Origin: Antedon mediterranea
Lineage: Eukaryota > Animalia > Echinodermata
DNA: 64,000 nucleotides
Reading direction: 5' to 3'
Assembly (NCBI RefSeq): GCF_964355755.1
Contig: NC_092671.1
Coordinates: 36,962,304-37,026,303, forward strand
Shown here: in pieces, positions 11,701 to 23,155 of the stretch
How the letters are laid out: every line of letters starts with the position of its first letter
Numbering within the stretch: the first letter of the stretch is position 1
Program-made: the position numbers and the translations under genes
Notes under the pieces: generated by a model
The model's database searches: none
Told to the model about the DNA's origin: nothing
Seen by the model: the letters and a program-made list of their open reading frames with translations, nothing else

Positions 11701-14700
11701 AGTCGACGTATTTTGGAAAGACTCGCGTATTTTGGATTAGTATAGCGCCCTCAACTTGACGTATTTTGGAAAAAATTCTGCGTATTTTGGACTGAATTTC
11801 ACCAACCCTATTGGAAGAAATTGAGTTATTTTTTGTTACTTTCATGATAATGGTTCTTTTATGATGATCTTTTATAGTGTTGTCAGTATGTTTACTTACT
11901 TTAAAGATGGTCGATTTGGACCCTTTCTCACTGGTTGACTTGGCTTTGGTAATTCAACTTTTCTTCTGGGTGATCGTTTTGTGACTGTGACTGGAGGTGC
12001 AAGTGGAGGAAGATAAAGAGCTGACAGACTTGCAGCCAGACGTCCATCTAACGAATGCACGACATCAATCTTCATAGCTTCTTTCTCTATTTGGGCATTC
12101 ACCTGGAAAAATTAAATGACCCACATGGAATTTTTGCAATTTTAATTTTTGTTTAAATGTCTTCAAGCATATGTGGCCAAGGATTACCAATAGTAAATGA
12201 ATCACTGTCCTAGCAGATGTGGTGGTAAACTCCCTGATACAGATATTCAGATATGAACTTACAACACACATGGAATTATGCAAATTCTTTTGTGCAACAT
12301 AGATGCATCCAGATGTGAACTTACCTGGCCAACTCTTATCGCTTCTAAAACACGATCATCTTTTTCCCTGGTGTGACATTTCATAAGCATATTCCACGCC
12401 ACAGTTCGCATTCCATCATTTGTCTTGTCTCCTTCAGTACAACGGCATATCTTAACTAAACCCTGGACAGCCCCATATCGAATACGCCAACTCCAATCCT
12501 CAAAACCTGTAAAGTAAACCACTATTCTATGAACAGATACCATAATGTTGGTTTCCATTTTTAAGCCCTGTCTACACTATCAAACTAGTTTTACAAAGAA
12601 AGTGTGATGTGCCCAAATATGGTAGTGATATCGTGTGCACATCACATTTGTTGTTACATAAAGTTTGATAGTGTAGATAGAGCTTAAAAGTTCTACTTTT
12701 TTTAAATATAGAACTTTTAAACAACCCAGACATAAAGTGTGAAAAGAATTCCCAATCCCAAGACTTTAAAGTATACATACTCAACTGAATCTTGGCAGAA
12801 ATACATACCTGTATCATTGACATCAGTTTCCAAATCCAGTGTAAAGGTAACAAGGTCAAGTAACCCAGCACTGACAATGCCGAGTGATCCATTCATTTTC
12901 CCAGAGTATAGAGACCCCTTGTGCTTTTCATTTCCAACAAGAGCAACTTTCCTGATGTTTGAGGTGTTCCCATGTAGACACAGGTTCGCCATCAACTCAG
13001 TGTATGTAAACGCTACTTCCCAACGCCAACCAATCAGGCCTAGCATGTTTGGTAGCTGAAGGTAAAGAATGATGACCAACAGAAGTGACGTTATGTTTCA
13101 TTGGGATTTTTTTATTTCATACGCATCCAACAGCGAGTAACTCGCCAATTACAGGATATATAAACTGTTTATTAATTTATCATGCTTATAAACTAAGTCT
13201 CATTTGAGGCTTAGGGAGTGGAGTTGAAAGAGAGTGAGTTACAAGCCTGGCACTAGGATTGAACCCAGGACCTTGGAATTGGAAGGCAAGTATGTTAACC
13301 ACCAAGTTACAGCTCCACTGGTTAAAAGGATGATGATTATGGAGTATACAACCTCTAATATTCTCAGGTACACTATTATTGAACAGAAGAAGAAGCATAA
13401 TCTTACCCGATTTCTACTGGAAAACTTAGGTGTACTGGGTAGGGATGCAAATACAGGCCGTGAACCGGGCTGTACTATTCTTCCTGTTTTAGACGAAGAT
13501 TCCGTTGACTTTCCACTGGCTTTCTTAGAACTACCATCAGTACCTTTCCTTTGCTCTGGAACAACTTTATCGTCATCTTTACCTCTGTCAGCTGAAGCAT
13601 CAAAGCTGACTTCTCTTTTCATCTTAGGACCTTGAGCTAATTTTAAGGCTGTCTTTGGTCCTTTGGTAACATCCACCTGGTTAGGGTACACCTGGCTGTC
13701 ATCACCTGGTAACATGTCGCTGTTAATGCTTGGCGATCGATCTTGGTTGATACCATAACCGGACATCTCACCAGCCGAGTCTAAACTTTCATGACTGCTT
13801 ATATTTGGAAGAGTTGCTGGGGTGCTTAGCATTCTGGAATCTTTATTGAAGAAACTACTGTGATCTGTTAGAGATTCTGCATGTTTGTCCTGCAGAGTGT
13901 CTATCGTAGCTGCCATAGAGACATTCATCAATTTTCTTAATGATTGACTACTATATTCTTCAAAGCTTGTTTTCTTTTTCTGTTTCTCCTTGGACCAGTG
14001 CTTAGGTGAAAGGTCAAACTTAAGTTCACTAGTTTCTAAATCACTAAAGCTGGATTTTGTACTGGTAAGACTTGTTGCTGAATCATGATCATCAACATAT
14101 ATGTCACTCATAGTATCATTCTTGTCGTCTCTTGGCGGGAGTGGTGTTTTTGGAGGAACAATACCTTTCGCAAGGTTCTGCAGCGCCCTCAATACTGTTA
14201 TGTTAGACTTTGCTGCCTCAGAAAGCACCTTAAAAGTGCATAATGCATCAATCCTAATAAAATGCAGAAAATTATTATCTATTTCAGTTTTAATTAATTT
14301 TATTCCGCTTTTTTAGTGAAATACATTTTATAAACATCAACAGGAGATAGAACAATTTGAAAATTGCATCATACAAAAACAGATTTTTTTAAAGTGTAAA
14401 ACTTATACATACACCTGAAAGCAACTACCTTGGTCAAAATACTGTACATAATGCTGAAAACATATAAATAAATAACTCTACCAATTTTCAGTAGCAAGGC
14501 CTGTTCCACATAGTGTCAATGCTTTGACCGCTTCCTGGAAGCCATCGCTAAGGTGAACGGTGCACCTCCAAACATCTAGGCTATGCCAGAGGCTAGGGCT
14601 AAGATCATGTATGGTTGTCTCACTCAGTGCCTTTGAACGACTTGTGTGTCTAACTGTTTCTATATTATCTGTTGTAGAGTTTCTTCCACTAGTATTTATC

Positions 14701-17567
14701 ATCTGCTTGGAAAATAAAAACATGTTTAAGTACAAATATACCATATTGAAGTGAACATTTCCATTCATCCCTGGGTTTAAATGAATACACTATAATTACA
14801 ATATTATTAACTATTGATTCGCCATCACACAATACACTTTAACTTAATAAAATAAGTTCAGGTTAGTTGAGCTTCCATATCCAGTCTTAAATACCTTTCA
14901 GACCGCACATTCTAATAATGAATTAATTTTAGTTTTAAACAGTTCTTGCACATAAGAATTCCTTTAAATTTGGAATGATAAAGCTTCAGGCTATGACCAC
15001 AGGTTCTGTTGTTGGCTGTATGTTGTAAGGTTTATTTTTCATGCTTAAAAGCTCTGTCTACACTATCAAACTTTATGTGATGTGCCCATATATGGACATG
15101 ATGATGTCATATCACTCTTCCATATTTGGGCATATCACTACCATATTTGGGCAAGGATATAATTACCGTTTCTCTAGTAGACTCATTCTTTAAAATGTTG
15201 TCACTTTCCTTGATCTCTCCAGCATCTCCTGCATCGTCTCCAACAATCATGGCTCCGACCTCTGCAATGTACCTCAAGGCTAGGTGGGCACTTGGGTAGG
15301 GGTAGTATGCATCTTCAAATTCTGTAAAACCTATACAAAATAGCAACTAGTGTCAATTCTGATGCATAATATTGGTCACTATTATCATTTTGGCATAATC
15401 CCACCCACCAAGAAAACAAATTTGGGCCGACTTTGAGAGGGGTGGGACTACCCTGGAAAACTCTAGTTCAGAAAAAATGATTGATAAGCATTTCTGGTAA
15501 AGTCAGACCAAAAGTCAATACAGGGACTATGCCCAGGGATATGCCTGTTTGTGAAATCAGAAATAGGGTGTTGGATTAGACCTGAAGTGGAATTATACCC
15601 AAGGATATAGGGTAACAAACTCACAACTTTGCAAATGGATTTCCTCTAAAAATTAATGCACTTTAAAAATATCAAATAACTCTTGTGATTTAAACTATAC
15701 TGATTATGCAAATGAGGATTTTATTCTCAAAATGTTGTAATTATTATTCTATTATACAAGCTGACAGAAAATGCTACAAACACATACAGCATGCACATTT
15801 CACAATGAAAAATCTATGTAAACTCAACCATAAAATGAACATGTTGATGAAATACATCAGGGTGACAGAAATTAGCTGCGTATACAAAAATACTTTATAT
15901 AAAGATCCAAATATTAAATGGAATAATTAATATCATCATATACTGAAAACTGATAAAATGTTTCATAAATTATGTATTAAAACTACTGTACTAAATAACA
16001 TGCTGTATAAATAAAATGTAAATATACTATACTTTAATCAACAACATGGGAGGGAGGGGGTGTTAGGGTTGGCGGAGGGGAGGGGGATGCAATGGGGCAC
16101 CTTATACTTACATCATGAACCAGTAACCAATACAAAAATAAATATGAGCTCCATAGATGCATATAAACATAGAATTAATAGATACACTGATTATGTTTAA
16201 ATAACATAGAATTATGAGTAAAAAGTTACAAATCTCTATTCTACACTGATGACAAGATAAAAAATACTATAAACTAAAAATACATGTTATCCTAATAGCG
16301 AATGGAATTGAGCGTACGATTTGAATGACATCATGCACATTATAAACTATTAACATGTGTAATGTGCGGATGCTATGCTATCCTGCAATATAGGAAATGG
16401 ATGCACTGACATGTGGGATTTGTTTTTTATGTAGGTCATCACATGATAGACAGCACATTTGGACTTTACTTACCACTAATCAAAGCTTTAATAAAAAACG
16501 AGATAAAACTAAATGATAAATGGAAGAACATATTCATATCATAAATGGAAGAACATATTTATATCATAATAGAAATCAAAATATAATATGAATATTAGAT
16601 AAACAAATGTAGATGATACTAAAGAGACAAGAAACTTGTGTTTTGCATATTAAAGTGTTGTTTTATATATAATACTAACATCTTTACCTTCTAAATATGT
16701 AATCAACCTATCTTTGTATTCTCTGTAGCCATGGAGATGACCTGCCATGTGATGAAAGAACAACCTACTGAACACAAGCTGACCCATCTATATTAACAAC
16801 AAAATAAGAATTGAATTAAGATTACAGTGATACTCTGTTTTCATTGTATATAATTGATGTTGTATAGAAGGTTTACATTTGTTGGTGTTTTAAGGCAATC
16901 TAAGAACAGGATGCTGAGCTCCGGAGATCAAATGGTTTATCTGTGGATGCGCTCCTTAACAGACATTGCTCTCTGCGGGGGATATATACATAGTACAGTA
17001 CTGTTGGTATTTGTCGCAGCCAGACATAAAATCAAAGGACTGTTACAAGTTCCCATCTTGGCAAGGCGAGCTCAGTGTCCTGTTGTTAGATTGCCTAGAC
17101 TCAACATGACACCAATGGATTGAAACTATTTTACCTTCAATAATTTGATCTCTCCTATTCTGAGGAATGGCTGATCCATAGCGTCTGTCCGCAACCAGTA
17201 GAGTGTGGTCTCACCCAAGTAAAATAAACTGTTAATGTTATTTGGTGACAGTGGTGCTTGGTTGAGAGATATAATCATCACATCTAGACACTCTAGGGTA
17301 TAGTGATACAGTAATGTATTCATTCATACAGAATTATAAAAACAATAACAAGATCAGCGCTATTGAAATGAGTGATCCACTCAAATGGCAACATAAAAGG
17401 AATTTGAATTGAATTTCTTATTTATTTATACTGGGCAAACTCTTCAGTCAAAGACTAGTTTCCCAGAGGGCCCAGTTATGATCAGTGGCTGTGTGTGTAC
17501 TAGTACACCGGGGTAACCGATGTAAAAGGTTCTTTAAAGTGCACACGAGCAATGTGCATACACTGGA

Positions 17568-17601
<34 letters not shown>

Positions 17602-18812
17602 TTCTACCACCAGAACCATGGAGCGAGTGACCCTTGCCGATGTTATGGCTACGTAATTACAGTTCCACTGTCTTAGCCGCTCGGCCAGTCACTACCCTAA
17701 CACACACAGAAAACTAATTTATAATCCCAATCCAGTGACCCAATACAGAACTGGACGACATTTTATTGGTATTTAGATTAATACTTTTAAATTCTTAAAA
17801 ACCAAATCAAATTCTTGCAATCAAAAATTGACAACAAAAGTAATGTTTGTAAACCTTCTTGAACCCTGCCGCGACATTGTGCCAGCATTGAGAGTTCTGA
17901 CCAGGCCTTGGGAAGATCAACATGGCTTCCTCGACTCGCATCTACCAAACCAACTCTTCGCTGTAACATTAATGAAACATTTAAAAATGTTTTAACTGTA
18001 TAGTACAAATATTAATCATTTAAAATAACATCCATAATTAACTAATCTAGATTAATGCTCTATCTACACTATCAAACTGGTTTGACAAAAAAAATGTGAT
18101 GTGCCCAAATATGGTAGGGATATATCCAGATATGGTAGTGATATGACATCATCATGTCCATATATGGACACACCATATTTTTTTACACATAAAGTTTGAT
18201 AGTGTAGACAGAGCTGATGTCACATCACTACCATATTTAAGCATATCACTACCATATTTGGGCACATCACACTAGTTTGATAGTGTAGACAGAGCTTTAG
18301 TGAGTGGAGTACAGTTAATCCCTGGTACTATTGAACAAGGGACATTGAAATGCAAGTACGCCAACCACCAAGCTACAGCTCCAATACATCCACTCATGTT
18401 TTCATATATTCAAAAGTTTGATTTGCATTTATATTAAAATGTTAGCACAAATGACCTTTGCCCTTGCCAGCATCTTGAAGGCAAACTCTTCCAATTCTTC
18501 TTTAACTTCAAAATCAGTTGCATCATTGAAATTACGGATAAATTCTTCTGATAATTCAAATGGATTCCTTCAATTAAAAATAAACAGTAAATTAAACGTG
18601 TATATAAATATCACTACCAATCAAAATGCAGCGCTTTGAATAGAATATTTAACAAGTAGTAGTACACCAACGAACCTTGTGGTTGGAATTTCCCTGTTGC
18701 TTTTTGGAAATCCTAAGAATTTCTGTTTCATCAGCCTTTCTTGCAACTCTTCTCGTTGACTATGGGATATTATCCCAAATTTATGGACAATGGGAACTTT
18801 AGTTATAGGCAT
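8769..18812 (-). CDS. TMEM232: Transmembrane protein 232 orthologue (testis/flagellum-associated family), 13 coding exons
   Basis: Exons 18812-18676 (MPITKVPIVHKFGIISHSQREEL), 18567-18456 (NPFELSEEFIRNFN..MLARAK), 17960-17855 (RRVGL..GSHVDLPKAWSELSMLAQCRGRVQE), ~17292-17134, ~16787-16688, ~15330-15167, ~14706-14482 (LWHSLDVW), ~14253-13407 (LSEAAKSN + long insert), ~13056-12808 (GWRWEVAFTY), ~12506-12324 (WSWRIRYGAV), 12102-11900, ~10381-10288, 8867-8769 (WRKEL..SMV*). These match recalled TMEM232 motifs [24 protein letters not shown] and LGEAAKLN. Confidence 0.85.
8954..9084. mobile_element. Abundant ~130-160-bp MITE (PIF/Harbinger-like), representative copy
   Basis: TIR AGCTCTGTCTACACTATCAAAC...GTTTGATAGTGTAGACAGAGCT in TAA/TTA context, with internal GTGATATGCCCAAATATGGTA repeats. 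Other copies at ~12564-12684, 15050-15150, 18056-18296, 35280-35438, 36695-36841, 38195-38359, 41325-41443, 41924-42040, 46667-46827, 47924-48075, 50981-51131, 51568-51714, 54151-54287, 56625-56781, 62869-63010. Confidence 0.85.
9099..10240. mobile_element. Non-autonomous DNA transposon, TAC..GTA termini, 6-bp TSD (IS3EU-like), filled with 21-bp palindromic repeats
   Basis: Perfect TIR of >70 bp beginning TACGAAAGCCCATTAATGCCATTTTAAGTATATGTTTTTCGAACGTAATCCGTTATAACG; GATAAG duplicated at 9093-9098 and 10241-10246; interior of AACGAATTA-S-TAATTCGTT-like units. Confidence 0.85.
10589..11813. mobile_element. Foldback non-autonomous transposon with asymmetric ends and 8-bp TSD (family member A)
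   Basis: GAAGAAAT|GAGTCGGGTTGGTGAA...TTCACCAACCCTATTG|GAAGAAAT; inverted arms of ~300 bp built of TCCAAAATACG repeats; an empty-site paralogue lies at ~8470-8530. Confidence 0.85.
13135..13320 (-). mobile_element. tRNA-derived SINE (same family as 6468-6610)
   Basis: Reverse complement reads GTGGAGCTGTAACTTGGTGGTTAACATACTTGCCTTCCAATTCCAAGGTCCTGGGTTCAATCC...CTCCCTAAGCCTCAAATGAGACTTAG. Confidence 0.65.
16893..17096. mobile_element. ~200-bp MITE
   Basis: TIR AGGCAATCTAAGAACAGGA...TCCTGTTGTTAGATTGCCT; second copy at ~48554-48763. Confidence 0.7.
17401..17697 (-). mobile_element. tRNA-headed SINE with Deu/Nin-like central domain
   Basis: Head GGTAGTGACTGGCCGAGCGGCTAAGAC (A box), then TTCTCGGATAAGGACTTTAAACCGTAGGTCC...GCACTTTAAAGAACC...GGTTACCCCGGTGT, which resembles the recalled Deu-domain consensus. 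LINE-like stem-loop tail and AATTC repeats follow. Confidence 0.7.
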
Positions 18813-19315
18813 CTTCTATTTGAAAAGAAAAAAAAACAACAATATTTTAGCAAGAGTTTTCTGAGAATAGATTTTTATATAGCATTTTTTTTTTCACTTT
18901 GAGTAATGACAATGTATTTTGGAAGAATATTATGCCGAGATTTGATTGCTGTACCAGCCAGGTCCTCTTAGTTAGGTCACATGATTCTGAATTAAGCATT
19001 TATGATTTAAATATTTTTTTATATAGGGCCTACTTCTAGCCTAGGAGGCACGCGCCAAGATTAATTTGGCTAGCCTATTATTTAGGCCTAGCTAGATATA
19101 GCCTAGGCCTCTCTAGCCTAGGTAGGGCCCTAAAGAGAGAGTAAACTAGTAGTAGTAGTAGTAGGTAGGCTAGTAACCTGTAGTAGGCCTAGTTAGGCCT
19201 ACCTAGTAGCTAGCCTGGCCCTAGGAAGTGGTATTCATTCATTATTAATAAGTTTTGTATGGTCGCCAGCTTTGTTTGTAGCGCCAATTATTGTTATGGT
19301 TTATATTTTACTTAC

Positions 19316-19732
19316 AAACTACTGTATTATAAGGTAGATAGAACCGTTCCAACAATAAGGATTACAAACATTCTCAATTGAAAATGTCCAAGCCTAACAA
19401 ATTGTTTACAGGTACCTAGCGATAAAAAGTCTTCTGCTAGAAGATTGACCAATCAATTTCAGGATAGGCTCCTGTGTACAGCCGAGACGTTCACGGTCCA
19501 GTAATTTGATCACACACAGTACTTAGGCTAGGCCGATCCTTTCTATAATTACACACAAAAACGCACAGAGTACACACGGCAGCAGCAGTCCAGTGTGGTA
19601 CTCTAAAATCATAACAAATCACAACGGGCAAGGCCTAGCTAGCTAGAGGTATGGCCTAAAGACTAGATCAAAAACAGAACAGAATAATAACTTTGTTCGT
19701 TCAATTCACTTTTCTAATTTTAATTGGCAAGT
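19316..19732. promoter_or_regulatory. Putative bidirectional promoter, TMEM232/LYRM7
   Basis: Head-to-head genes. A probable TMEM232 5'-UTR exon donor (GTAAGT on -) lies at 19310-19315 and the LYRM7 ATG at 19733. CCAAT at ~19449; flanked by TAGGCCTA-rich tracts. Confidence 0.5.
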
Positions 19733-21885
19733 ATGAGAGAAAAGGTAAGATTAAATGAAAATATTGAATATTATTATTATTATTTATTTTAATATTAAAT
19801 ATTAATTATTAAATTCAAAAATTAATTAGGCCTAGAGGGGCCTCCAAGGCCTAGCTAGGCTAGGCCTAAACTAATATTTATCATATAGATTATAGGCCTC
19901 CGTGCGTGTACGTGCTCTGTCTGTGTGTTTCCCTAGACTAGCCAACTAGGCCTAGAATAGATTATTTTGAATGCTTTTAATTGATAATTATAATAGGCCT
20001 ATTTATTATAATTATATATATATGTTATGCGCGATTTGAACGATTTGCGCAATTTGAAATTGCGCAAAAAAATCCTTGCGCAATTTGAAATTGCGCAAAG
20101 AATTCTTGCGCAATTTAAAATTGCGCAAGGATTTTTTTGCGCAATTTAAAATTGCGCAATCAACTTGCGCAATTTCAAATTGCGCAAGAAAATCTTTGCG
20201 CAATTTTAAATTGCGCTGCACAATTTGTAAATTGCGCAAGATAGTTCTTGCGCAATATGACACCTTTGCGCAATTTGAAACGAACTGTAAATTTTCCCAT
20301 ACATGGCTAGGCTAGGCCTAGGCAGAGGAGTTTAAAATTTAGTATTTTATTATATAAATAAGACCATTTCAATGAAGATAATGTTTAATACTCACTTTTT
20401 AAGTTTTTAATATTAGTTTAAGCTAGGCCATGTAACCTAGTCAGTATCAGTAGTCCAGACCCTAGCTAGGCTAGAGTAGTATAGCCGGCCGCCCGCACCG
20501 CGCCCGCCTGGTGGAACACCACCGCTTCGTTTTCCTTCGTCGGTTCTTCGACGGTATGCTAACTTATAACAATATTTGCACTACTAAAATAAGGAAATGC
20601 GATATTTATGTTTAATTTTGAATCATTCTTAGAAATTACTATAAAAATATGGGTGTGCATGATTTCACAATCTGTCGAAAAACCTTGCGCAATTTGCAGA
20701 TTACTTGCGCAATTTAATACGTTGCTTGCGCAATTTGAAACACATGTTTCAATTCAAATTGCGCAAGGATTTTTTTTGCGCAATTTCAAATTGCGCAAAT
20801 CGTTCAAATCGCGCATAACATATATATAGCTAGCTAGCTAGGTAGTAGTAGAGTAGCAATATAATAGGTGCCTAGAACTATTAAAATAGCCTCAGCCTGT
20901 TATTAATTAGAAATTCAATTAAGTTGTTGACTAAATAAAATGAATGTCTGATGATGTCTGGTAAATATTAAATTTATTTTTTCAAATAAAGGTACTTGCA
21001 ACATTTCGTGCTCTTCATCGAACAAGACAAATGGTATTTAAAAATGATGACCATGTTTTAAATGGTAAGCTTATTTTTTAATAATAAAGAGTAAATTTAA
21101 GATATTATAGGCCTACTGAAGTATAACTACTTAATTGGTTTGATTTTTAAATGTTATTTCTTATTGTATGTACAGTTGAAAGGCCAAGAGAGTCTCCCTA
21201 TATTGGATAATAATGTTTTAATGTTTAATTTTTATTATTGTAGTTTTGGTGTTTACTTAGTAACTGGCAATTTATGTTGCAAATAATGAACTTTATAGCT
21301 TTAACTTATTACTTATTTTTTACAGCTGCAAGGTTAAAAATAAATGAAGAATTTAAAAAGAACAAATTTGTGGAAGATGGTGAAGAAATTGAAAGGGTAT
21401 AAAGAAAAAAACTTTTTTTAGGAATTACATAAGTACTTGAAACATTCACACTAGTTTAATTTTTTTTTTTATCAAAAAAAATTATTTGCCGTCTATATTA
21501 TAAAGAAGCAATAATGTCGTTTGTTTTTATGTAGTTGGTGAAGATTGGCCAGGATGCAGAATTGTTTCTTAGGAAGAGAGTTGTACAAGCAGAGCATAAA
21601 TCAGATGGTGTGGCCGGTAAGATGATTTTAAATTTAGATTTCAGACTCCAGGCCTAGGCCATGCCTATGCTTTTTAAATTTTATCTGGATCATGAGAGTC
21701 CCAAAAAAGAGTGAGTCGAGTACAGTACAAGGTCTGACTTTCAATTTAATGCTTTAAAGGACATAATATTTTTTTAGTAAAGTATTAACACCATAAAATT
21801 TCTTTTTTTAGAGCTTCAATTAAGAAATGAAGTGTTATCAGAAAACGCAAAACAGCGAGTGTGTGATCAAGAAACAGTTCACTGA
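19733..21885 (+). CDS. LYRM7: Mitochondrial complex III assembly factor LYRM7 (MZM1-like)
   Basis: Exons 19733-19744, 20992-21064, 21326-21396, 21535-21616 and 21812-21885 splice in frame to MREKVLATFRALHRTRQMVFKNDDHVLNAARLKINEEFKKNKFVEDGEEIERLVKIGQDAELFLRKRVVQAEHKSDGVAELQLRNEVLSENAKQRVCDQETVH*. This matches recalled LYRM7 (VLQLFKTLHRTRQQVFKND..AARIKINEEFK). Not in the ORF track because the exons are small. Confidence 0.92.
20023..20820. mobile_element. Non-autonomous TIR element with TGT..ACA ends in a (TA)n site (Ginger2/TDD-like), LYRM7 intron 1
   Basis: TATA|TGTTATGCGCGATTTGAACGATTTGCGCAATTTGAAATTGCGCAA...TTGCGCAAATCGTTCAAATCGCGCATAACA|TATA; about 20 TTGCGCAA palindromes. Confidence 0.75.
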
Positions 21886-22361
21886 GCTTGTATTCGATTG
21901 GTCTGTTGCAGCAGTTATTTGAATACTGAACTTTAACATGTGGAATTTAAGCGTGTACAACCTAGGCATAGATATGCTTAGGCCTATACCTACTCTTAAC
22001 TAGCCCAACATGGTTTGTGGCTTTGAAGTGGAGAGATGTTGATAGGCCTGCTGGAGTGTGGTAGATTTAACATGTGGTCAACAAGAAAGCCTAGAGGCAG
22101 ACCTATCTGTTGTTTTATAGTGTTGTACTAGGCTAGTAAAGTGGTGTTATGTAGGCCTATTAAAATTGTGGAAAAGAAAAGGGCATGATGACAATATATT
22201 TGCATGTTTAGGAACGCCTCATGTTATGTTTTATTGTTTTTATATATAGGAATAGGCCTAGCCTAGCCTTTACCCCACACATATCACACAATCACCTGTT
22301 TTTATTTCTGTATTAAAAAAAAGAGTTAAAAAGCAAATAAAATCTCTTTTGTTAAGTTGGG

Positions 22362-22377
22362 GGCTCTGAAAAGAGCC
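22362..22377 (-). terminator. Histone 3' stem-loop of H2B
   Basis: GGCTCTTTTCAGAGCC on -, followed by purine-rich AAAAGAGA (HDE-like, 22350-22343). Confidence 0.92.
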
Positions 22378-22414
22378 GTTTGGTTTGAGAAAATAGGTTT
22401 GTCGAAAATTAAAT

Positions 22415-22813
22415 CTACTTCGAGCTGGTGTATTTGGTTACAGCCTTGGTTCCCTCACTCACTGCATGTTTGGCAAGTTCGCCTGGCAGGAGAAGACGGA
22501 CTGCAGTTTGCACCTCACGACTGCTGATTGTAGACCTCTTGTTGTAATGAGCCAAACGGGATGCTTCTCCAGCAATACGTTCAAAGACATCATTGACGAA
22601 GCTGTTCATGATTGACATGGCACGGCTAGAAATGCCAGTGTCTGGATGTACTTGCTTCAGGACTTTGTAAACATAGATGCTGTAGCTTTCCTTTCGTTTG
22701 CGTCGGCGTTTTGTTACAGCACTTCGTCCACGACCTTTCCCTGCCTTCTTCATGCCTTTACCAGCCTTCACTGGGCTCTTCTTAGGACTCTTTTTTGGAC
22801 TCCTTGGTGGCAT
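22415..22813 (-). CDS. H2B: Histone H2B, sperm-type with SPKK motifs in the N-terminal tail
   Basis: Intronless canonical fold ([22 protein letters not shown]...AVTKYTSSK); N-tail [16 protein letters not shown]...KRRRKRK as in echinoderm sperm H2Bs. Confidence 0.97.
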   Translation of the reverse strand: MPPRSPKKSPKKSPVKAGKGMKKAGKGRGRSAVTKRRRKRKESYSIYVYKVLKQVHPDTGISSRAMSIMNSFVNDVFERIAGEASRLAHYNKRSTISSREVQTAVRLLLPGELAKHAVSEGTKAVTKYTSSK

Positions 22814-23155
22814 CTTGAATTTATTACACTCAAAATTGAATGATGATCATTTCATTCAATTTGGCTGGTATTTATAGGCACGGTATGCAAATTAGGTTTC
22901 TAATTTGGGCTATCCTGCAAACACTCTTAGCCAATCAAACTATTTAAAAGATAGCCAATCATCGTTTTCCTTGTAGGTTATTGGCTAAAAAGTTTTACAG
23001 CTTGAGCCCATCTGTAATTGGTTGGCGCGCGCGTAACATTTCGATTGGATGTTGATAAACCGAACTACGAGCCTCCAAAAACCTATAAAAATAGCGGTGT
23101 ACATTTATTTTCCGTTTATTTCATAGTTGAAAATATTTGGAGTGTAAATCATATA
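22814..23155. promoter_or_regulatory. Divergent H2B/H2A promoter
   Basis: H2B TATAAA on - at 22871-22876; octamer ATGCAAAT at 22885-22892; CCAAT/ATTGG boxes at ~22931, 22955, 22980, 23016, 23045; H2A TATAAAA at 23084-23090. Confidence 0.8.

Noticed and set aside
13239-13406. Hydrophobic C-terminus of the 329-aa ORF as a TM helix of TMEM232
   Set aside because: It lies past the GTAAG donor at ~13406 and runs into a SINE, so it is intronic read-through.
17431-17475. Hammerhead-like GAAAC..GTC..CTGAAGA in the SINE tail (- strand; also ~53795-53830)
   Set aside because: Stem I cannot form convincingly and GAAAC is not kept in the second copy; better explained as a LINE-derived 3' stem-loop.
19405-19425. 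RFX X-box for the ciliary gene TMEM232 (GGTACCTAGCGAT)
   Set aside because: Only a degenerate match to GTNRCCNNRGYAAC; not supportable without a PWM scan or conservation.
20012-20315. ORFs with LRNFKLRK repeats
   Set aside because: Translations of TTGCGCAA repeats in a transposon arm.
23018-23155. 46-aa N-terminal extension of H2A in the ORF track
   Set aside because: It starts at a non-ATG codon upstream of the TATA box; the canonical MSGRGK start is at 23156.
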